Of a stretch of 59,181 bases of DNA, positions 29,359 to 37,129 are shown in pieces (positions within the stretch are counted from its first letter, which is position 1; each line of letters opens with the position of its first letter). The notes under the pieces were generated by a model. The model was not told the DNA's origin. It saw only the letters and a program-made list of their open reading frames with translations, and ran no database searches. Source of the stretch: a bacterium (lineage in GTDB: Bacteria; Chloroflexota; Dehalococcoidia; Tepidiformales; Tepidiformaceae); the NCBI GenBank assembly GCA_039933735.1, contig JBDTNM010000001.1, positions 1 through 59,181 on the forward strand, read 5' to 3'. The position numbers and the translations under genes were made by a program.

Positions 29359-31113
29359 CTAACTATTGTTCGTCGGGCTCGGAATGATCTCCTCGTTGAG
29401 ACGCACAACATCGCGAGCCTTGGTGCCTACGATGAGGCTGTCGCCTTGCTTCCAAAGACCCCGATTGTCGTCTACGAACGTGTGGTCGAATCGATGGTCC
29501 GGGCTCAGGCCGAGGCGAGCGCGCAGAGTCGACGTGCGCACGTTTGGAGACCCCTTTTTCAGTTGGTCGTAGAGGAACTTGACCACTCGCCCTTCATCCC
29601 CCGATAGCACGTAGTGCTTGCCGCGCCATGAGAGGTCCGCGAGGTCGTCGGACAGGTGGAAGCGCCGACCTTGGTTCAACGCAAAGCTGGTCGGCGCCGC
29701 GGCCTGCATGAGTGAGATGAGCGACCTAGCAGGGAGCGCTCCGGTTGCGATTTCCGTTGAGTGGGCGACGACCTGTTCCCTCATGACGCGTACCACTCCG
29801 TCGGCGTGACGCCTCAGTGTCGCAATCAGCGCCGCTGCGGTTCGTCCGCTGTCGCGGTCATCTGGAAGGATGGCGTCCCCACACTCCTCGTGGTCAGCCC
29901 AGAATTGCTCTTCATTAGAATCAAGGATCTGACCTGCGAAACGCACGAACGATACGGGTACAGTCACGTCGATACCGTCTTTAAGCTCGTCTGCAAAGAT
30001 GTCGACGGCATATCCATCTGGGGAATCGTAGTCGGCCAATCCCGCAGCGAGTGTGGCGAAGCGGCGACCGACGCACTGGCTGCAAACGCCGCAGTGCTTG
30101 ATGCTCGCCGGACGGCGGTAGGGAGACTGGCAGGAAACCGTTTCCCGAATTAGAGTCGGCCCGGCGTATTTGGCAACCATCGAAGCGACGTCCTCACGAG
30201 TTCGATAGAGGAGCGTGTTTTCGACGACGGGACTAGCCGATCCCCAAATAGCGGCGGACAGCTGATTGAACCGCCAGATAAACTTGGGGTGGGTCGACCG
30301 GCTCGCGCGCGCTCCGACCAATTGCTCGTTGATCGGAATGTTCAAACTCACGACGCCGTTGTCGCTGGCGAGAACCCTTCGAATTCCGAGGGCACTTGCC
30401 AGGGCTGCCGCGATGGCTACGAACAAGAACGAACGAGTTCTCTGCGTGGACTCTGGCGGATCGCCAGACTTTCGGTTAATCCACGGCGACGCAGTGGGAA
30501 ACCACCAAGTCGGAAACTTCTCCTTTAGGCGGTCGATCACAGCGTTCTGGTGGTGAGCGACGACCGGGGACGGACGGTGACTGACGAGGAGCGGCCTTGC
30601 CCCCTCCTCGGCACAAACGGCGAAAGTGCTAGCAGCGCTGTCGAGCCCGCCCGAGATGAGCGCGACCACGTCGGGCGGCCGCGGATCAGCCCAATCGAGC
30701 GCTGCTTGTTCCGCCGCGACGCGAACGGTGGACCGCGGTTCGAAGTGAAAATCCCAGTAGTCCTCTGAAACAAAATTCAGGGCCTGGATAAGCGCGCCTT
30801 TCACCGCGGGATTTGACCAGGTCGCCACGTGCGTCACTGGCACAGCTAATCGCATGTCGCGTCGCCAATCTTCCAGCATCACGTCGCTCTCACCACCGCG
30901 GCTCACTTCCTGGTCCGCGCAATAGACGTAGCTCGCAATTCGAACGAGGTCGTGGCCTAGGTCGTCAACCTCGGCCGGGGCGATGGACTCGAATCCGTCC
31001 AGCCGGATGCTGATATTCGACGCGAGGCCGTCCGAGAGCAGCGAATGCCGAGGAATATCGCGCCACTCGGAGGGGACCGCCGCCCCGTCGCACGAAAATG
31101 CGGCAGACCTCAC
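29359..31113 (-). CDS. enlarged QueC-like PP-loop ATPase (QatC/Cap9-like?), 584 aa
   Basis: PP-loop VVALISGGLDSAAS. About 200 aa later comes HCGVCSQCVGRR, the CxxCxxCxxR zinc motif typical of QueC. About 150 aa N-terminal and 210 aa C-terminal could not be assigned. GTG start overlaps the upstream stop (GTGA). Confidence 0.75.
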   Translation of the reverse strand: MRSAAFSCDGAAVPSEWRDIPRHSLLSDGLASNISIRLDGFESIAPAEVDDLGHDLVRIASYVYCADQEVSRGGESDVMLEDWRRDMRLAVPVTHVATWSNPAVKGALIQALNFVSEDYWDFHFEPRSTVRVAAEQAALDWADPRPPDVVALISGGLDSAASTFAVCAEEGARPLLVSHRPSPVVAHHQNAVIDRLKEKFPTWWFPTASPWINRKSGDPPESTQRTRSFLFVAIAAALASALGIRRVLASDNGVVSLNIPINEQLVGARASRSTHPKFIWRFNQLSAAIWGSASPVVENTLLYRTREDVASMVAKYAGPTLIRETVSCQSPYRRPASIKHCGVCSQCVGRRFATLAAGLADYDSPDGYAVDIFADELKDGIDVTVPVSFVRFAGQILDSNEEQFWADHEECGDAILPDDRDSGRTAAALIATLRRHADGVVRVMREQVVAHSTEIATGALPARSLISLMQAAAPTSFALNQGRRFHLSDDLADLSWRGKHYVLSGDEGRVVKFLYDQLKKGSPNVRTSTLRARLGLSPDHRFDHTFVDDNRGLWKQGDSLIVGTKARDVVRLNEEIIPSPTNNS

Positions 31114-31892
31114 CGCTGCGATTCCAACTTCAGCTCACTACGCAGCTTTTTGAGGGCCTGCGCGACGAACGCGTGGGCCTCGTCTCGTGAAATCTCCCCC
31201 TTCGATTCCCATTGGTGCTTGCTGTACCAGTCACCCGCGAAGTTGCGAAGGATTCGTGCGGATTGATGCGCGTGCCGGTCAACGTCGTCGAGAAGCCGCT
31301 GCGTGTCGGCAACGCTGGCGAGCGCTTGGCCCGTACCCAGCGAGTTGGCGGCCTCACGGTCCAGGAAGTAGGTCAGGGTGCGTGAGAGGAAGTCGCCGAA
31401 GTAACGGTGCGATGCACGTTCGAAGTGTGACTGCTTCGACAGCTCGCGCACGGACTGCTTAAGGCTCCCCGCAGTCGAATTAAAGAGGCCCGGCTGGCCC
31501 TCGAGCAGTTCCGCGTTGAGGGTGCGGGTAAGTGCGAGAGCTGCGATTCGACCAAAGACGTTCCTACTTGGTTCTCGTTCAAGTTCTGCGCGGACTCGAT
31601 CGGCGACCATCGAAACGAACGCCAGGCCCGAGGTCGTGTCGTTCGCCGCTATGCCGAGGCGATTGACCTCGTGAGCGAAGTCACCCGACCTTGATGCCCA
31701 CGATATTCGTACCAAGAGCCAAAACGGAAAGGAGAATGCTTCGTCCGATGCGAGTTCCCGAAGCTGCCGCTCGGCGGCATGAATCGTCGCGGCCGAAACC
31801 TCACTGGTTCGAACGCTGTTTCCCGCAAGGAGCCCTACTAGCTTGGACCATCGCAACGTCTTGGGAAGGCGCCCCAGCCTCACATGTCCCAC
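31110..31892 (-). CDS. hypothetical 260-aa protein, coupled partner of the QueC-like gene
   Basis: GTG start at 31892 with GGAG 4 nt upstream; product begins M-G-H-V-R. No motif recognised. Largely helical-looking composition. Its stop overlaps the downstream start. Confidence 0.6.
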   Translation of the reverse strand: MGHVRLGRLPKTLRWSKLVGLLAGNSVRTSEVSAATIHAAERQLRELASDEAFSFPFWLLVRISWASRSGDFAHEVNRLGIAANDTTSGLAFVSMVADRVRAELEREPSRNVFGRIAALALTRTLNAELLEGQPGLFNSTAGSLKQSVRELSKQSHFERASHRYFGDFLSRTLTYFLDREAANSLGTGQALASVADTQRLLDDVDRHAHQSARILRNFAGDWYSKHQWESKGEISRDEAHAFVAQALKKLRSELKLESQR

Positions 31893-32013
31893 GGCTCTCC
31901 GCCTCTCTCACCGCCCAAAACATGTGGTCAGAGCGATGTGACGCGAGAGACTACCACGAACGACGGCAACTCATTCACCCTACAAGTCGCTCGGAGACGT
32001 GCCACGGTCGTAC

Positions 32014-32955
32014 TCACACGCCGATCGCCTCCGCCACCTTCCACCAACTCGCGTCCTCGGCGACCTCCAACCGCCGCAGATAGACCGACGTGACAGCCAG
32101 CGAACTGTGGTCGAGGAACTGGCTCACCTTCTCGACCGAATCACCCGCATCGCGACGCAACTTGGCCGCCGAATGCCGCAGTACATGGAATCCGCTCGAC
32201 GGAAGCTCGGCATTCGCTAGGTATCGCTTGAACCTTGCGTAAGCGACCGGCTGGCTCACTCCCTCCGGCTTCGCTCCCGCCTGCCACAACGACTCCTCAG
32301 GGGCCATTCTCTCCAGCCGCTTCCCGCAGTCCTGCACCGTACGCTGGATTGCATCGAACGCCGGCCGAGGAAGCTCTCTCCGCCCATGCTTCCCTCCCTT
32401 GCCTCGGTACGAGTAGTACGCCCGCTCGCCATCCCATTCGATGTCGCCGGCCTTGAGGTTCAGGACCTCGCTCCGGCGCCGACCCGACAGCACCAATGTG
32501 AGGATGATCGCCCGGTCCCTTCGTCCGCCAATGTCGTCCGGAATGACGGCCAGCAGCCGTCGAACGTCCTCACCGCTCAGCCCGCGAGCCGGCGCCGGCG
32601 TGTGCTTCGGCCGTTCCAGCCGCTCGCATGGGTTCGAGGTCATCAGGTCCATCCGAATGAGGAACCGAAAGAACGAGGAGATCGCAGCGATGCGAGATCC
32701 GACCGTGAGCGCGGCCGGCTCCTTCCCCGAAACGCCTCGGCCGAAGCAAAACGCCATGGCCTCAGCGGTCACGACCTGGTCGGGTGTCTTGTGCACACCG
32801 CCGTAGAAGGCGTTGAGAATGCGCGAGTAACTCTCGACCGTTCTCATCGAGCCGGTACGTCGGTACTTCTCAGCCAGGAAGGCCTGCATCGCGGACTCCC
32901 ACTTCGTGGGGTCCAGAGGTTCGGCGAGGAGGTGGGTACGCGAGTTCGTGTTCAT
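32014..32955 (-). CDS. tyrosine recombinase / phage-type integrase (XerC/D-like)
   Basis: ORF 32014..32991; ATG 32955 preferred (MNTNSRTH). N-terminal SAM-like core-binding region, then GRRRSEVLNL (Arg I), HVLRHSAA (HxxR) and LDHSSLAVTSVYL (His/Tyr nucleophile region). Confidence 0.85.
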   Translation of the reverse strand: MNTNSRTHLLAEPLDPTKWESAMQAFLAEKYRRTGSMRTVESYSRILNAFYGGVHKTPDQVVTAEAMAFCFGRGVSGKEPAALTVGSRIAAISSFFRFLIRMDLMTSNPCERLERPKHTPAPARGLSGEDVRRLLAVIPDDIGGRRDRAIILTLVLSGRRRSEVLNLKAGDIEWDGERAYYSYRGKGGKHGRRELPRPAFDAIQRTVQDCGKRLERMAPEESLWQAGAKPEGVSQPVAYARFKRYLANAELPSSGFHVLRHSAAKLRRDAGDSVEKVSQFLDHSSLAVTSVYLRRLEVAEDASWWKVAEAIGV

Positions 32956-33041
32956 CCGTGACACTAACGCGTAGGTTCGGCACAGGTGCAACCCGAAAAT
33001 TCAGTATAACAAATTGACCGACGAATTAGTCTCTATCTAGA

Positions 33042-33692
33042 ATGCCGCACCTGAGATTGTGGGGCGGCCCAGTGGAATTTCCATTTCATTTTAGCGGAGT
33101 CACTGCCACCGGAGCGGTGGCTTTCGGAGCCCTCGTAACGGCAACTCTCGCGTCCCTGGCGTCCCTCGCTTCTGCAATTTACACGCGTCAGGCGAATCGG
33201 CAGACGTCGAAACAGTACGCCTACGCCACGCTCATGAGTCTAAGGGCTAAGTTCGACGGCGACGAAATGGTCGCAGTCCGGGTCGCCACAGCAAAGCACG
33301 TGCTGAGCAATTGGCCGAAGGGTGCTCAGACTCCGAACTACGTACCCGACGCCGACCACCTTGTTGACCATTTCGACATGCTCGGCTTTCTGCTCCGTCA
33401 GAAAGTGCTCGATCTCGAAATGGTGGTGGTGGATATGTGCAGCCCAATCACAACCTACATGGCAACGCTCGATAGATATATCTCGGACTCGCGTAGCGAG
33501 GACTTCACCATCTGGCAGGATGCGGTCGCTCTGAATCAAAAGATGCTTCAGGCCGACGCGAAGGCACGTGGCCTAAAGACCGCGGCTCTGGCCGTCCCGG
33601 ACGAAGACGATATGAGGAAGTACATGAAGGAGGAGGCGGCGCACCCGAACGCGACCAAGGCTGTTGGCACAAACCGCAAGCCCGGGACCTGA
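33042..33692 (+). CDS. membrane-anchored hypothetical protein (DUF4760-like layout?)
   Basis: One N-terminal TM (GAVAFGALVTATLASLASLASAIY), then a soluble domain with HFDMLGFLLRQKVLDLEMVV. The DUF4760 resemblance is from memory only. Confidence 0.55.
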   Translation: MPHLRLWGGPVEFPFHFSGVTATGAVAFGALVTATLASLASLASAIYTRQANRQTSKQYAYATLMSLRAKFDGDEMVAVRVATAKHVLSNWPKGAQTPNYVPDADHLVDHFDMLGFLLRQKVLDLEMVVVDMCSPITTYMATLDRYISDSRSEDFTIWQDAVALNQKMLQADAKARGLKTAALAVPDEDDMRKYMKEEAAHPNATKAVGTNRKPGT

Positions 33693-33829
33693 CCACGATG
33701 CCTACTTCGTGTTTCGTACAATGCGACAGCGATCGAGATCGGCGCCACGTGCGCGATGGAACATCGCGGCTCCTTTGCTGGTCTAGCGTTTGAGCGCATG
33801 ATTCGTGGCTTCGTACACCAGAGGTCGCC

Positions 33830-34543
33830 ATGCCGCTTTCACAGGCCAATTTCGAACGACTCATCATCGGACCGCAACCTGCGTCTGAGGAACATCGACG
33901 GCAACTCGCCGACTTCTTGAAGGCTGCTGGCGCGGTCGCGGCAGTTCATTCGGATGCAGCCGTCAAATCGAGTGCAGCAGGATATCAAGTAGGCATTCGG
34001 CAAGAGGTCGTGATGCTCTTGGGATGCCACTCGTTCAACCTTTTCATCGAACTCATCTCTGCGGTCATGGCCGGACGGTTCGATGCAGCGTGCTACTTGG
34101 CGCGCCCAATCTGGGATGTCGGACCGATCCTCGGATACGTAGGCAACGACGAGATTTTGGCACGAGCTTTTCGGCGGGGAGACGAGATAACAGCGTCGTC
34201 CGCGAGGAAAGCAATGGTCGAACAACTCCGTCGGTTCGATCCGGATTCCGCACGCGACGTCGATCGCATTTTGTCGGAGGACTTTGGGCCAGCCCAGGAG
34301 ATGAGCCACGTGAACCTGATTCACGTTTCGAAACTGGTGGCAGCCACCGGCCCGAGTTCGAAGACCGCGACTCTCGGCGGCCATGTCGATCGTGAGGAGG
34401 CAGTTGGATTGCTTCGCGTTGCTGCGCTCGGCGAGTCACTCAGCCTCACGGCCCTGCGCCAGGTCGGCGGATTTGGCAAGGCTTGGGATGATCGATGCGT
34501 ACGAGCGCTCGGCAAGCTACTGGAATGGAGCAAGTCAGCGTAG
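33830..34543 (+). CDS. hypothetical protein (DUF5677-like?)
   Basis: 237-aa all-helical-looking protein: HSFNLFIELISAVMAGRFDAACYLARPIWDVGPILGYV. The family assignment is tentative. Confidence 0.5.
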   Translation: MPLSQANFERLIIGPQPASEEHRRQLADFLKAAGAVAAVHSDAAVKSSAAGYQVGIRQEVVMLLGCHSFNLFIELISAVMAGRFDAACYLARPIWDVGPILGYVGNDEILARAFRRGDEITASSARKAMVEQLRRFDPDSARDVDRILSEDFGPAQEMSHVNLIHVSKLVAATGPSSKTATLGGHVDREEAVGLLRVAALGESLSLTALRQVGGFGKAWDDRCVRALGKLLEWSKSA

Positions 34544-34588
34544 CTGTTTCAGGATCGGACTTCATGCTGCCTGCGCGCGATCTATGCT

Positions 34589-35542
34589 TTGCAGCGGACC
34601 ATGCCCGATTTATTGCCTGCTGTCGTAGCCAATACCGACCCACGTTGGTTCGAGCACTTCAGGCCGTCTGACAAGCTCCGTATCGTGGATGAGGTCAACT
34701 TCTGGCGCCCCTCGGCGCAGAGCCAGTTCCGTGCCCTGCAACTCGGGGAGCCGCTGTTTTTCCGACTTAAGCATCCAGTGAACGCAGTCGCAGGATTCGG
34801 GTTTCTGGCGGTCGCGATGAGCATGTCAGTCGAGATGGCCTGGGAGTTCTTCGGAGAGAGGAACGGGGACCCGACGCGGGCACGCTTTGAGTCCCGGATC
34901 GTCGCGTATCGCGACCGATTCGAACGGCGTCCGCAGGACCATCTCAGCTGCCTCGTCCTCCGCGACGCTGTCTTTTTGCCGGAAGCCTACTGGGTGCCTT
35001 GGCGAGCCGAGCAGGGATGGAAACCGAACATCGTGTCCTACAAAGGTTACGACCTGGCTCGCGCGCCCGGGGAGTCCCTAGCGGGATTGCTTAATGAAGT
35101 CCACCCGGCCCCGGTAGCTGACTTCCTGCCCGAGTTCGAACTCGACCAGCGGCGAAGGGCCGAAACCGTCGCAGTCCAGCGAGAAGGACAAGGGGCCTTC
35201 AGGCTGCGATTGCTCAATGCCTATGGGCACTGTGCCGTTACCGGCGAACATGCTGTACCAGTGTTGGAAGCGGCGCACATTACCCCATACCTGGGGCCCC
35301 GCTCCAATCATCTTCAGAATGGCTTAATCCTACGTTCCGACCTTCATCGACTCTACGACGCCGGTTATGTGACCGTCACACCTGATCTCCATTTTGCTGT
35401 CAGTGGCAAGCTCCGTGAAGAGTTCGAGAATGGCAAAGCCTACTACGCAATGGATGGCCAACGATTAACCGTCCCTGCTGACAGCCGTGCACAGCCGAGC
35501 CGATCGGCTTTGCTTTGGCATGCCGAAAACGTGTTCAAATAG
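34589..35542 (+). CDS. HNH (HNH_2-type) endonuclease with N-terminal PUA/EVE-like domain; putative modification-dependent restriction nuclease
   Basis: C-terminus: CAVTGEHAVPVLEAAHITPY...NGLILRSDLHRLYDAGYVTV, the HNH_2 signature. N-terminus: NFWRPS...EPLFFRLKHP..VAGFGF, resembling PUA-like reader domains. Confidence 0.75.
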   Translation: MQRTMPDLLPAVVANTDPRWFEHFRPSDKLRIVDEVNFWRPSAQSQFRALQLGEPLFFRLKHPVNAVAGFGFLAVAMSMSVEMAWEFFGERNGDPTRARFESRIVAYRDRFERRPQDHLSCLVLRDAVFLPEAYWVPWRAEQGWKPNIVSYKGYDLARAPGESLAGLLNEVHPAPVADFLPEFELDQRRRAETVAVQREGQGAFRLRLLNAYGHCAVTGEHAVPVLEAAHITPYLGPRSNHLQNGLILRSDLHRLYDAGYVTVTPDLHFAVSGKLREEFENGKAYYAMDGQRLTVPADSRAQPSRSALLWHAENVFK

Positions 35543-35553
35543 GTTCGTGATAC

Positions 35554-36751
35554 ATGGCCGTTCGAGACTTCGCCTTTGATGAACTTCCAGACGCAGATCT
35601 GATAGTGGATGCCGTCTATAAAGGTGGCGTGGCCGGGAACGCGGGTGATGACCCCCTGGCCCGGTTGCTTCCTTGCGGCAACCAGGGAGGGTTCCGTTTC
35701 AAGCGAGCTCCTAGCGGGGAGGTCGCAATGGTCGTGCTGTTCACCACGCTCGGTCACGAAGACTGGCCAGACTCGCTCGACTTCGAGCGGGGACTCCTGA
35801 CGTACTATGGCGACAATCGCAGCCCAGGCCGTGAGTTGCACGACACGCCCCGTCGAGGAAATCAGCTACTCCGGGAGTTCTTCGCAGCGGCGCATTCCCG
35901 ATAGTGTCGGGAGGGCGACTGTTCCGCCCTGTTTCGTGTTCAGCCGCGGGGCGATCGGACGAGACGTTGTCTTTCGGGGTATTGCCGTTCCTGGAAGCGA
36001 ATCTGTCGAACCCCGCGATCAACTCGTCGCAGTCTGGCGCGAAAACAAGGGCCAACGATTCCAGAACTACCGCGCGGTCTTCACCATCCTCGACGCGCCG
36101 GTCGTGGAACGGGAATGGCTTAATCTGCTCGCAGGAGGAGTCGGAACTTCAAGCCTTCCACGAGCCTGGCAGAGGTGGCGAACCACTGGCCGGTATTTTC
36201 CACTTCGAGCACCAAAAACCTTGGACATTCGAACGCGCGATGAACAGCAACCTCCAGATGTTGGTGGGGCAACGCAATTGGCGCTGATTAGAGAATATTT
36301 CGCGGAAGACCACACCGCGTTCGAACCTTGTGCAGCAAGACTATTCCAGATGGCCGAACCAGGACTCGTCGACTTCGAAGTGACAGCGCGAGTCCGCGAT
36401 GGCGGTCGAGATGCCATAGGCCGACTCCGTGTTGGGGCGCATGCGGATGGGATCTTTTTGGATTTTGCACTCGAAGCGAAATGTTACGCACCCGGTAACT
36501 CAGTCGGCGTCCGAGAGATGTCCCGACTCATCTCAAGACTCAGGCACCGGCAATTCGGGGTGCTTGTCACGACCTCTTTCGTGGATCGCCAGGCTTATGA
36601 GGAAGTGCGCGACGATGGACACCCTGTGGTCGTCGTCGCCGCAAGAGACATTGTCGGCATTCTTCGAGAGCACGGTATATCGACGCCGCTTGAGACTAGG
36701 GCATGGCTCGAAACCAACTTCGCACCGTCCCGACGAAACCATCCCGAGTAA
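35554..36751 (+). pseudogene. SRA(YDG)-like domain plus PD-(D/E)xK (Mrr-like) restriction endonuclease, split by a 1-nt frameshift
   Basis: Frame 1 (35554..35904) carries LLTYYGDNRSPGRELHDTPRRGNQLL, an SRA-like YxG...GN motif. Frame 2 (to 36751) carries VRDGGRDAIG...IFLDFALEAKCY, i.e. a D...ExK nuclease core. The two parts join if one C is removed from the CCC run at 35897-35899. Confidence 0.65.
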
Positions 36752-36758
36752 CGCGGGA

Positions 36759-36986
36759 TTATTGGCGCTTCCTTTGTGCCCTCCACTCCGCCATCACCGA
36801 TTGAGCATTCTTTCCTCCGGGGCCATACCCGTGCGCCTTCGCGAGGCCGGCCCGACCGCCATAGTGGATGTTCACCACCACAGCCTCCAGTGTGCTGTCG
36901 TGGCCTTGGGCAAAGTACGAAGTCGGCCCAACTACGCTGCCGCAGCCGCACCAGCACATTCCCGTCGGCTTCACTTCTTCGGTCAT
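36759..36986 (-). CDS. small Cys-containing hypothetical protein (75 aa)
   Basis: MTEEVKPTGMCWCGCGSVVGPTSYFAQGHDSTLEAVV...; the internal ATG of ORF 36759..37202 was chosen. The CxCGCG...F.QGHD motif recurs in small actinobacterial proteins, as far as I recall. Confidence 0.45.
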   Translation of the reverse strand: MTEEVKPTGMCWCGCGSVVGPTSYFAQGHDSTLEAVVVNIHYGGRAGLAKAHGYGPGGKNAQSVMAEWRAQRKRQ

Positions 36987-37129
36987 CAATAGCCCTCTGC
37001 GCTGTTGAGATGTTGCGGAGCATATCCTTTCCATAGTGCGACGAGAGTTGGCACATGGATCGCTCATGGGGGAACTCCGACGCGGAGGCTGACTATCCCT
37101 AGATGGAATCGGAAGGCGACGACTATAGG

